Of a stretch of 64,000 bases of DNA, positions 9,601 through 18,560 are shown piece after piece. Origin of the DNA: Acidimicrobiales bacterium (GTDB taxonomy: Bacteria; Actinomycetota; Acidimicrobiia; Acidimicrobiales; Bog-793); NCBI GenBank assembly GCA_052148655.1, contig JBKQHU010000017.1:5614-69613 (forward strand), read 5' to 3'. The first letter of the stretch is position 1; each line of letters opens with the position of its first letter. The notes beneath the pieces were generated by a model that saw nothing but the letters and a program-made list of their open reading frames with translations, was not told the origin of the DNA and made no database searches. A program made the translations under genes and the position numbers.

Positions 9601-11103
9601 ATGACTCAGGCGGAGGGCGGCGGTGTTGTGATGGGGGGCCAAAGAAGTGGCCCGTTAGACCTGGATGCGGCTCCGAGCACCGAGGACTACGAGCTCGGCA
9701 AGCTGGAGCAGCGTGGTATCGAGCTGATCCCCGAGTCGGACAGGAAGATGCGCCCTTCAGGCCTCTTCTTCTTGTGGGCCGGGGCGATCTGGAATGTCGA
9801 GTTCCTCGTCTACGGCGCTCTCGTCGTCTCGTTCGGGCTCTCGTTCTGGCAGGCGGTGTCGGTGATTCTCATCGGCAACCTCTTCTACGTCGTTCTCGGC
9901 ATAGCAAGCCTTTGGGGGCCGGAGACCGGCACGACCGCGTTCATGGTCAGCCGCGCCCCCTTCGGACGCAACGGCAACCGCGCTCCTTCCTTGTTCAACT
10001 GGATCACCCAGGTTGGCTTCGAGATCGAAGGCCTCGTCATCGTCGCCTACATCGTCGAGGCGATGTTCAGCCGGGAGGGGACGACCCTCGGTGACGCGGG
10101 AAAGGTAGTGCTGGTGCTGTGCGCGGTTGCTGTGCAGTTCATAGCTCCCTTCCTCGGTCACGCGACCATCACGAAGGTGCTGCGCTACCTGTCCTACGTA
10201 TTCGTCGTCGTGTTCGTGATAATGGCGATCCTCGTCATACCGCACGCACACCTGAGCGACCTGCACACGACCGGCACAGACTCGTGGTGGCTCTGGACGA
10301 CCGGTCTTGTACTCATCGTCTCCGCCGGAGGGCTCGGCTGGACAGAGAATGCTGCGGACTACTCCCGCTACCTACCGCGGAGCACGCCCAAGTCGCAGAC
10401 CTTCTGGGCTGCAACGCTCGGGGGGGCAATCCCTTCCATCCTTCTCGAACTCCTCGGAGCGACCGCTTACCTCGTGAGCCCGTCGGTCACGGCGGCAGCA
10501 GCGGTACCGGCAGCCTTCGCCAGCTGGTTCTTCTGGCCATTCATGATCCTGGCGCTCCCACAGCTCTTCGCGATCAACTCCATCGACATGTACTCCTCCG
10601 GGGTAACCCTGCAGGCCATCGGGATACCCCTCAAGCGGTGGGGCTGTGTGCTCGTCGACACAGTCATCTCTGGCGCCGTGACAATAGTCATCGTGCTCAA
10701 GGGCCACTTCTACGCCGACCTGGAGGGTTTCCTCGACTACATCGTCGTGTGGCTCGGACCCTGGTTCGGGATTCTCCTCGTCGACTACCTGCTCCGCCGT
10801 GGCAGGTACGACGTCGTCTCTTTGGCCGGGAGAAGAGGTGGGCTCTACTGGCGCAGCGGAGGCATCAACTGGAAGGCGATCGTCTCCCTGGCGGCCGGAA
10901 TGTTCGGGGCAATGATGTGGATCGATGCTGCGTTTTACAACCCCGCCTACACCGGTCCGCTGTCCAACGCTACCCACGGCGCCGACTTCAGCTGGATCTT
11001 CGGGATGATCGTCGCCGGTCTTGTCTACTGGGTCCTGTCGATGTCGAGTGTCCGCAAAGAGGCGGACGCCTCTTCGGGCAGGCTCGATATGCCCGTTTCG
11101 TAA
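9601..11103 (+). CDS. NCS1-family nucleobase/cytosine/purine/thiamine-precursor permease
   Basis: 500 aa with 12 predicted TM segments. The N-terminal pattern GIELIPESDRKMRPSGLFFLWAGAIWNVEF is typical of purine-cytosine permeases. Strong RBS GAGGGAGGGGGA upstream of the ATG. Confidence 0.85.
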   Translation: MTQAEGGGVVMGGQRSGPLDLDAAPSTEDYELGKLEQRGIELIPESDRKMRPSGLFFLWAGAIWNVEFLVYGALVVSFGLSFWQAVSVILIGNLFYVVLGIASLWGPETGTTAFMVSRAPFGRNGNRAPSLFNWITQVGFEIEGLVIVAYIVEAMFSREGTTLGDAGKVVLVLCAVAVQFIAPFLGHATITKVLRYLSYVFVVVFVIMAILVIPHAHLSDLHTTGTDSWWLWTTGLVLIVSAGGLGWTENAADYSRYLPRSTPKSQTFWAATLGGAIPSILLELLGATAYLVSPSVTAAAAVPAAFASWFFWPFMILALPQLFAINSIDMYSSGVTLQAIGIPLKRWGCVLVDTVISGAVTIVIVLKGHFYADLEGFLDYIVVWLGPWFGILLVDYLLRRGRYDVVSLAGRRGGLYWRSGGINWKAIVSLAAGMFGAMMWIDAAFYNPAYTGPLSNATHGADFSWIFGMIVAGLVYWVLSMSSVRKEADASSGRLDMPVS

Positions 11104-11461
11104 CAGCTACCGTGGCACATTTGCTCGGAGGCGGAGAGGCTCAAGCCGGCCTCCAGCGGAAGTGGCCCAACATGTGTCCGCAACCGACGTCGGCAAAGAG
11201 CCGCGTTGAGGCTCAAGATGCCGGTTCGCGCGATCCCATTGCCAATCCACCAAACGGAGCCAAGAAGTGGCAGAGCCGTCGCCCGAATGACCGCTTGTGC
11301 AGCGACCCCCAGACCAGGGGGTGCTGGGGGTCGCGCACGCATGGCTAGCTCATTCACTTGTATCGACCCATCTCCGATGCTGCTTGAGCGAAGCGGCTCT
11401 CGGGCGCGCGGCGGCGGGCGATCGGCCGGGCGAGATACGGCACCAGAACCTCTGCGGCCCC

Positions 11462-13306
11462 TCAACCAGCAGGAGGACAGCTCCAGTTGGCTGTCCGGCC
11501 GCCTAGGTCGTACCACACCGCGCCGGCTCTGAAACTGGCACTGGGCGGTCCCAGGATCTTCGTGAGCATCTCGACCCCGCCAGTGCGCAGGGCGCCTTGC
11601 CTCGTACGAAGAACGAGCGCGTCGGCGTTGTATTCGCGCGCCACCGCCTCGAGGGGACGACAGGCGCTAGCCGGTCGCACGCCGGGAGCAGCGGGGAGCG
11701 CGGTGAGCAGAGACGACAGTTCGCGCAACGCCGGGCCCTGCGCGATGTAATAACCACCCTTACCCCTCGCACCGGGGACGAGCGCGTAGCCCCCGACGAG
11801 ACGGAAGCTCATCTCGTCGACTGCTTGCCACAGCATCGGCTCGTCGTCGTGGGCTCGCGGGTAGGGAAGAGCCAGCACCACGCCGCCGTTCGGAACCGAA
11901 CGTGCGAGCGATGCCGTGAGCTGCGGCGCAATCGCCCGCTGCTCTTGGACAACGGGAAGCTGGTCGAGGAGCGGGACGAATGCGACGGCGACCAGGACGA
12001 CGAGCGCACCGGTTTGCAAGCCCGGGTCCGACTGGAAGCGGGACGCCACCCCCCGGGCCCAGGCTGCGGCCCCATGCCGCTGACCGCCTTGCGTGCTTTG
12101 AGAGTTCTCAAGTATCCAAGCCCTCGTACGGTCGAGGCCGACCGCCAGCACGATGGCCAGAAAGAGCATCTCGATGCCGGCGATCCTGACCGGCTCGAGG
12201 TCGACGAGAACAGGCACGTGTTCGAAGAGCGCCTCGGGGAGCCAGATCCCGAGACTGTGCCCGTCAACTGTGAGACGCGGACCGAGCGAGAGCAGGAACG
12301 CCACGCCGGCGCACGAGAGCGCGAAGCGTACGATCCCCAGCCTGCGCCACAACACCGCCAGTGCCACAAGGCCTATGAGAAGCGGAATGCCAAGGTAGCC
12401 GGACGAATTGGTCCCATGAGGCGAGGACCGCAGAACGGGCCGCAGAAGATCGACATGGAAGGCAGCTATCGCCCCGGCCGGCTGAATGGCGTGGGCTATC
12501 CGGCGAGGGCCGGCAAGGAAGTATCCGATCGGGTAGCCGCCGAGCGCCGCGAAACAAACGCAGGCTGCGACGAGCCCGGGCGCCGCGGCGCGGACACGAG
12601 CCGGGACCTCGTGGCGGTGCGTCAGGGCGAGGAGAATCAAGCCGACCGCCGCCATGACGGCGCAGTACGCCAGTACCTCCGGATCTATGAGGAACTGTGC
12701 GCCACCTAAGAGCCCGAGCGCGACGCCGAGCTTGATCGGCGACCTTTGTTGGGTCACCAGCAGCTCGTCCAGACACCAGAGCAGCAGCGGAGGTATCACC
12801 ATGAACGCGAGGTCGAGGTGCACGGAGCCCTCGAAGGTCATGTACGACCCGAACCCGTAAAGCAGGCCCGCCGCAAAGGCGGCAGGCCACCATCTCACCC
12901 ATCTTCGAGCAACAAAGAACATCGACGTGGCCGAACCAGCAAGCGCGATGCGCATCAAGACGTTGAAGGACGCCACCGGTCCCGAGGCGAGTGTGACCGG
13001 CCATGCCAGCAGCCCGAGCAAGGGAACGGACGTGTTCGAGGCGAGGTTTACTCCGAGCGGAAAGTCGATGTAGTTGCTGAACAGGGGGTTGAGACCGTGC
13101 CCGAGCGCGAAAGGCGTCCAGGCAAGGAACCACGACATCTGAGCCGGGTCGCCGGCCCCCGCTCCCCCGACGTGCGGCAACTTGCTCGCGTCGAGGGGCA
13201 GGACCGGCCAGTACGCCAAGACGGCCAGGACCACATAGGCGCCGATTGCGAGCGCGACCAAGACGGCCGGTCTCCGCACCGCCTGCATATCGCCAGAAGG
13301 CCGCAT
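11462..13306 (-). CDS. Large polytopic membrane protein, GT-C glycosyltransferase-like (uncharacterised)
   Basis: ORF 11462..13603. Likely start is the ATG at 13306 (MRPSGDMQAVRRPAVLVALAIG...) with an AGAGGA RBS. It has many TM helices in the N-terminal 400 aa, then a soluble C-terminal domain. The family call is by general architecture only. Confidence 0.55.
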   Translation of the reverse strand: MRPSGDMQAVRRPAVLVALAIGAYVVLAVLAYWPVLPLDASKLPHVGGAGAGDPAQMSWFLAWTPFALGHGLNPLFSNYIDFPLGVNLASNTSVPLLGLLAWPVTLASGPVASFNVLMRIALAGSATSMFFVARRWVRWWPAAFAAGLLYGFGSYMTFEGSVHLDLAFMVIPPLLLWCLDELLVTQQRSPIKLGVALGLLGGAQFLIDPEVLAYCAVMAAVGLILLALTHRHEVPARVRAAAPGLVAACVCFAALGGYPIGYFLAGPRRIAHAIQPAGAIAAFHVDLLRPVLRSSPHGTNSSGYLGIPLLIGLVALAVLWRRLGIVRFALSCAGVAFLLSLGPRLTVDGHSLGIWLPEALFEHVPVLVDLEPVRIAGIEMLFLAIVLAVGLDRTRAWILENSQSTQGGQRHGAAAWARGVASRFQSDPGLQTGALVVLVAVAFVPLLDQLPVVQEQRAIAPQLTASLARSVPNGGVVLALPYPRAHDDEPMLWQAVDEMSFRLVGGYALVPGARGKGGYYIAQGPALRELSSLLTALPAAPGVRPASACRPLEAVAREYNADALVLRTRQGALRTGGVEMLTKILGPPSASFRAGAVWYDLGGRTANWSCPPAG

Positions 13307-13506
13307 TGGCACGTCATTCCTCTGGGCCGAGCCTTCGGCTTCGCCGCTACCCGCGCACGAGAGCGCTGCACCGATGCGCTGGTTCAGAAGGATAATGGTT
13401 CGGGCGACCTCGCCGGAGGCAACCGAGGAGTCAGCTCGAAAGACGGTGACGACTCGGCGGAATTGGCCCTCGCACTGGTGGCCGCGTCTATCGTTCAGCG
13501 GAACCC

Positions 13507-16422
13507 ATGGCGCACTTTTCCCCAACTGTGACTCTCGGTCCGCGGGACCGGGAAGGACTGGAGACTCCCGGCGCGATTCCCCGCCGCTGGTCACACGTCG
13601 CACGAGCCGACAAGTGGGCGGTCGCGCTTTTCGTCGCGATACCGCTGCTCATGGGAATCCCGCCTGCACTCGTCGGAAGACCCCTCTTCCCCGGGAGCGG
13701 TACGGCGGACAACCTGACCCAGAACTACCCGCTCCGAGTCCTGTCGGGCGAGCTGTTGCGACACGGTCACCTGCCACTGTGGGACCCGTACATATGGAGC
13801 GGAACGCCGCTGCTGGCGGGATGGAACGCGGGATCGCTGTACCCGGGCACCTGGCTCTTCGCCATCCTGCCTGCGGGCGCCGCCTGGACGATAAATGTCG
13901 CTGCAGTACCGATTGTCTGCGGCATCGGGATGCACGTGTTCCTGCGCCGCCTAGGTTGCTCTCCTCTCGCGGCCCTACTCGGTGCCCTGACATTCACCTA
14001 TATGGGGTTCATGAGCGGGCAAGCCGTGCACCTCGGCCTGGTGCAGGGCATGAGCTTCACTCCCTGGATGCTGCTGGCCGTCCACGAGCTCGGAACCCAT
14101 CCCGAGGCGCGAACGGCTAGGCGCTGGATCGCACTGCTGGGCGGCTGCGGCGGGCTGGTGGTGCTTGCCGGCGATCCTCGTGCCGCCTCCAGCGTTGCTT
14201 TCATCGTGCTCACGTACTTCCTGGCCCTGTGCTGGCGGGCTTGGCGGACGGGCAGGCGTGTCACCGTCGCCACCATCGGGATCGTGGTGGCCGCTCTGCT
14301 CGCGGTTGTCCTCTCCGCGGCACAGTGGCTGCCCGGCCTCAGTTTCCTGCACGAGTCCGAACGGGCGGCTGTCACCTTCACCCGCTTCGCCGCGGGATCG
14401 TTGTCCTGGCACGACCTGGAGCTGCTTTTCGTGCCCTTCCTGGTCGGAGGCAACGGGACGTTCGGCCTGCCCGGCTTCATGGGCTCCTACAACCTTCCAG
14501 AGCTGAGCTACGCCGTCGGGATCATGCCGCTCGTCGCCGCCTTCGCTCTCTTCAGGCGCGCCATGCGTCGGGGCGCCACCGACAACCCTCTCGGTGTCTG
14601 GTACGCCCTCATCCTCGAGGGTGCCCTGTTGTCGGCCGGCGCCAGCACTCCTCTAGGCCACATCCTCGTGGACATTCCCCTCTACGGTGGCCAGCGCCTC
14701 CAGAACCGCAACGCCGTGATCGTGGACCTCGCGCTCGCGGTGCTGCTGGCCGTGTTCGTCGACGTACTGAGGAATCCGGCCACGAGCCGCCGGGGGTCGG
14801 CGGGTCCGGCGACAGAGGCGGGCTCGGGCCTCACACGCAACGACCGTCTCGCCGGTCTCGTGCCGGTCGCCATCGTTGCGCTCCTCATACTCGCCGCGTA
14901 CGTGCTGGGACGATCGATTCAGCGCGGCTTCGGTGTCTCCGGCTACCACCCGAATCTCGCCGTCGATCTCAGCCCGTACTTCGCTGCGGTGCTGGTCATC
15001 TCGGCCGGAGCTGCTCTGCTCCTGTGGCGCGCGCCCCGGCTCGGCCCGAGCGCCAGCCGCAAGCTTGCGACCATCGTTGTCGTCGCCGATGTCTTGATGT
15101 GCGTCCTCAACGGGTCGTACACGTTCCCCGCCAAAGCCACCATCACGAAGAACAACTCCGCTGTCACGACCTTGGCGAAGCTGCTAGGACCTCAAGGCCG
15201 CTACGCGATCTTCAACCCCGCGCAGAGCCTGCCACCGGGGCTGCGAGGGACGATCCTCGCGCTCGGCCCTTTCAGTCTTGGAATGATCCACCAGCTCCAA
15301 AGCGTCCAGGGGTACTCGTCTGCTGTCGCCGGTAGCTACCAGCTCGCCACAGGGGCCCATGACGTGGAGAACCTGCAGCCGGTCGCGCTCACACACGCAG
15401 ACCTTGACATCTTGAACCTGAAGGCGCTCGTGACTCTGCCCGAGTACCTGGTCACGGCGATCCCGGACAACCGACCTATTCCGGTCGCGCAAGGGACTCC
15501 GGTTCCGCCCGGAACCGAGCATGTGGCGGTGGCGCTTGACGCCATAGCGCCGGACAAGCCACTTCCTCAGCTTCCGCCCTTCCTTCTCTCCCCTGGGCAT
15601 TCCTCGACGTGGCTGCTTCCCGGCCCCCTCGCTCTCGACTCGGTCACGATCGTGGTCGTGCCCTACAAAGGCGAGACGCCGAGCACGGTCGAGATCGGCG
15701 TCCTCGATGCTCGCAACCAGATCGTTGGCGACCGTCGTGTGCCGGTCGTGGACGCCCAGGCCCGGGTCACGCTGGACGGCCGCGTCGCCTACGGACTCCA
15801 GGTCGAAGCACCGGGCAGCAATTCGGCCGCCATCGGCGCCGTCGAAACGACCACGGTGCAGGCGATGGCGGTCAACGCCGGGCCGCTTACACACCGCCTC
15901 GTTCTCGACCAGGTTCTCCAAGGTGTGCTCACACCGCCTAAATGGCGGTACCAGACCGAGATCGGCGGCCTGCCCGTGTTCACCAACATGCTCACCCGGG
16001 GAGCTTCGTGGGTCGAGCCCAGAGGAGCCACGACACCTCTTGCGCCCCAGCTCCCGCTCGCCCACTCGGTGACCGCTCCCGTCCAGGCTTGGCAGAACCC
16101 GCAGACCGTCGTCTCGACGCCAACCCCGGCGTTGCTGGTCCGAAGCGAGGCTTACGACAAGGGCTGGGTCGCGAGGCTCACACCCATCAGCGGGGGCTCG
16201 TCGACGACCGTGCAGGTGAGACAGCTCGGGATACTCCAGGCGGTCCCGATCCCGGCCGGCAGGTTCACCGTGACCTGGGTCTACAAGGCCCGGCTGGCGA
16301 AGCTCGGCGTCATCGCCAGTGGCGTGGGCGTGCTCGCACTGGTTGCCCTTCTGATCCCGCCCAGGCGGCGGCGCCGACAGAAGTCCGCCCTTGGCTCGGC
16401 GGAACCGGGACCTGCCTCGTAG
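13507..16422 (+). CDS. YfhO-family membrane protein (GT-C fold glycosyltransferase-like)
   Basis: 971 aa. The N-terminal region GTADNLTQNYPLRVLSGELLRHGHLPLWDPYIWSGTPLLAGWNAGSLYPG matches the pattern I recognise for YfhO proteins. It has a multi-TM core, a large extracytoplasmic domain and a C-terminal TM anchor. Confidence 0.7.
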   Translation: MAHFSPTVTLGPRDREGLETPGAIPRRWSHVARADKWAVALFVAIPLLMGIPPALVGRPLFPGSGTADNLTQNYPLRVLSGELLRHGHLPLWDPYIWSGTPLLAGWNAGSLYPGTWLFAILPAGAAWTINVAAVPIVCGIGMHVFLRRLGCSPLAALLGALTFTYMGFMSGQAVHLGLVQGMSFTPWMLLAVHELGTHPEARTARRWIALLGGCGGLVVLAGDPRAASSVAFIVLTYFLALCWRAWRTGRRVTVATIGIVVAALLAVVLSAAQWLPGLSFLHESERAAVTFTRFAAGSLSWHDLELLFVPFLVGGNGTFGLPGFMGSYNLPELSYAVGIMPLVAAFALFRRAMRRGATDNPLGVWYALILEGALLSAGASTPLGHILVDIPLYGGQRLQNRNAVIVDLALAVLLAVFVDVLRNPATSRRGSAGPATEAGSGLTRNDRLAGLVPVAIVALLILAAYVLGRSIQRGFGVSGYHPNLAVDLSPYFAAVLVISAGAALLLWRAPRLGPSASRKLATIVVVADVLMCVLNGSYTFPAKATITKNNSAVTTLAKLLGPQGRYAIFNPAQSLPPGLRGTILALGPFSLGMIHQLQSVQGYSSAVAGSYQLATGAHDVENLQPVALTHADLDILNLKALVTLPEYLVTAIPDNRPIPVAQGTPVPPGTEHVAVALDAIAPDKPLPQLPPFLLSPGHSSTWLLPGPLALDSVTIVVVPYKGETPSTVEIGVLDARNQIVGDRRVPVVDAQARVTLDGRVAYGLQVEAPGSNSAAIGAVETTTVQAMAVNAGPLTHRLVLDQVLQGVLTPPKWRYQTEIGGLPVFTNMLTRGASWVEPRGATTPLAPQLPLAHSVTAPVQAWQNPQTVVSTPTPALLVRSEAYDKGWVARLTPISGGSSTTVQVRQLGILQAVPIPAGRFTVTWVYKARLAKLGVIASGVGVLALVALLIPPRRRRRQKSALGSAEPGPAS

Positions 16423-16574
16423 CCGGCCACATCCGGATCCGCCGGAGCGACTGCCGGCATGGCAGCCTCCCGGTGTCACGATGGCCGACCACGCCAGCGC
16501 CGAGCGGCTCCATCACCACGACGTGGACGGCACTCGCATTACCGAGTGGATCGGACGCGGTCTCGGACTTGTAC

Positions 16575-18161
16575 TCAGGCGGGAGGTCCCGTCGCCACCT
16601 GCACGGTCCCGCTGTGGCGGGCGCCTGTGGAGTCCGTCCAACCGATCCGCACCCGCTCACCGGGGTGGTACCGCTGCATCAAGGTCGTGAGGGCCGGGGC
16701 GGAATGGACCGTTATGCCTCCGAGAGACGTTATGACGTCGCCGACGGTCAGACCGACCGATGCGGCCGGGGAACCCGTCACGACTTCGTTTATGACCGCC
16801 CCGGACGGAGAGGCCCCAGGCTGAGTCGAGTACACCCGAACACCGAGGAACCCCGTCCGCCCGATGTGCACGCTCGGCGAAGTTTGACCGGAGACGATCT
16901 TGTTCGCGATCGCCACAGCAGAGTTGATCGGGATGGCGTAGCCGTCCGTCCCGGACGTCTCGAAGGAGAACCCGACGGACGCCGCCGTGTCCATCCCGAC
17001 GACCTTCCCTGCGGTATTGACGAGCGGTCCACCGGAGTCGCCGGCCTGGATGTACGCGTCGACCTCGATGAGTCCGATCAAGTTCTCCGGGTTGCCACCG
17101 TCCTGTTCGGTGGCTGTGATCGACTGGTCGAGTGCGGTGACCGATCCCCCTGCCACGCTGGGGGTTCCACCCGCGCCCCCCGCATTACCTATCCCCACGA
17201 CCGCTTCGCCCACCCGGATCGCCGACGAGTCGCCGAGCGTCGCGACCTTGAGGCCGGACGCACCGCTCAACTTGAGCACCGCGATGTCACTGGGGCGGTC
17301 GTAACCGAGGACCGTGGCCGTATACACGCGGCTGTTTCCCAGGTCGGTCACCCTGATGCTCGTCGCACCATCGATCACGTGGTTGTTGGTGAGCACCTCG
17401 CCGTTTGACGTGAGCACGATCCCCGTGCCGGCCGCCTCCTCATTTTCATAGCTGAGGACGGTGTTCACATCCACGATTGCGGGATCGACCCGCGAGGCGA
17501 TCGCCGCGGGGTCCGAAGGGCCTCCTGCCGCGGACGAGACGGACCCTGAAGAGCCAGAACCGAACGGGAACCCTCCAGAGCCGAAGGGCGACGTCCCTGA
17601 GCCGAAGGGCGACGTCCCTGAGCCGAAGGGGAAGCTGGGCGAGCTTCCCGATGGAAGCGATGTGGGCTTCGATGTCGACTGCCAGGCCATACGGCCGATG
17701 CCGAATCCTGCGGCGAGACCGACGACAAGCAGCCCTACGACCAGCCAGCCGGTCGCAGCCTGACGCCGCCTCGGTGGCGGTGTCGGCGGCACAGCCCAGT
17801 AACCCGCTGGGAATCCAAACCATTGTGTCCCGCTGCTGGCTCCTCCGGGGGCGCCGCCTGGAGGAGGAGAGGGCGTCCAGCCGGCTGAGCCAGGAAACGG
17901 AGGAGGCGGCGGCGGAGGAGGCGTCCAGCCGCCGGCACCGGGAAAGTAGCCAGTGGGTGGCGGTGGCGGCGGAGGAGGGGGCGCCCATGCACCGGCACCG
18001 GGAAAAGGTGGAGGAGACGGCGACCGGTCTGGCGCGGCCGAGTCGGTCGTAGCGGGCGTGGCGGTCGTGGGTTCCGTCTGACCAGGAGTCACGGGCTGCG
18101 GCCACGCGAAGCCATCTGCCGCTACCTCCGTAGGTTCGTCGCTCTCGTGCTCGTGGTCCAT
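16575..18161 (-). CDS. HtrA/DegP-family trypsin-like serine protease with PDZ domain and proline-rich N-terminus
   Basis: ORF 16575..18497. The ATG at 18161 (MDHEHESDEP...) has the RBS GGGAGGAAAGG. Catalytic motifs are TNNHVI, DIAVLKL and GDSGGPL. The C-terminal PDZ-like region contains GSPAASVGLTVGDVITSLGG. A single TM helix follows the Pro-rich region. Confidence 0.9.
   Translation of the reverse strand: MDHEHESDEPTEVAADGFAWPQPVTPGQTEPTTATPATTDSAAPDRSPSPPPFPGAGAWAPPPPPPPPPTGYFPGAGGWTPPPPPPPPFPGSAGWTPSPPPGGAPGGASSGTQWFGFPAGYWAVPPTPPPRRRQAATGWLVVGLLVVGLAAGFGIGRMAWQSTSKPTSLPSGSSPSFPFGSGTSPFGSGTSPFGSGGFPFGSGSSGSVSSAAGGPSDPAAIASRVDPAIVDVNTVLSYENEEAAGTGIVLTSNGEVLTNNHVIDGATSIRVTDLGNSRVYTATVLGYDRPSDIAVLKLSGASGLKVATLGDSSAIRVGEAVVGIGNAGGAGGTPSVAGGSVTALDQSITATEQDGGNPENLIGLIEVDAYIQAGDSGGPLVNTAGKVVGMDTAASVGFSFETSGTDGYAIPINSAVAIANKIVSGQTSPSVHIGRTGFLGVRVYSTQPGASPSGAVINEVVTGSPAASVGLTVGDVITSLGGITVHSAPALTTLMQRYHPGERVRIGWTDSTGARHSGTVQVATGPPA
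17578..17630. repeat. 21-bp tandem repeat (GAGCCGAAGGGCGACGTCCCT, 2.5 copies) inside htrA, encoding FGSGTSP repeats
   Basis: Read directly: two identical 21-mers at 17578-17598 and 17599-17619, plus a partial third copy. Confidence 0.9.
17856..18005. repeat. Imperfect repeats encoding FPGAG(A/G)W(A/T)PPPPPPPP units in the htrA N-terminus
   Basis: The translation shows three units: FPGAGAWAPPPPPPPPPTGY, FPGAGGWTPPPPPPPP and FPGSAGWTPSPPPGG. Confidence 0.8.
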
Positions 18162-18560
18162 CGCCCTTTCCTCCCGCAGGGACGGTAGCGCGCGCTGCTC
18201 ACAGCTATTACACCGCGCCCACCTGAGGATTTCCTGAGTTGTACATAAGCAATCGCTGAGAGACGAGAGCCGCGCTGGCCACGGCCCGACGACGGCCCCG
18301 CCTGCGCGCACGCTTCGTAGGTCCGGGTGAACGGTGGTTAGAGTGGTCGGTGTTGTGCCTGGGTCCGCGGCGCGGCGTTGGCACATTTTCTCGCTGTACA
18401 CAGCCCGCAAGCAAGGGACAACCGTGACAAGCACGTCCACCGTGCCAGGAGTCACCGGCCTGGCACGTACAACCGGCGCCATCGACTGTCGAGGCAAGCC
18501 AACAGCGGAGCGGGGGTGTAACCAGCGGGCTCCCCTGCGACAAGGACCGTCCGTCTCTCT

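Noticed and set aside
18442-18466. A B12-box-like sequence, GCCAGGAGTCACCGGCC, as a cobalamin riboswitch.
   Set aside because: The conserved GGGAA...GGTGAAAATCC...GCCCCCGC core is not present upstream. The downstream gene is a drug-type MFS, not a B12-related function.
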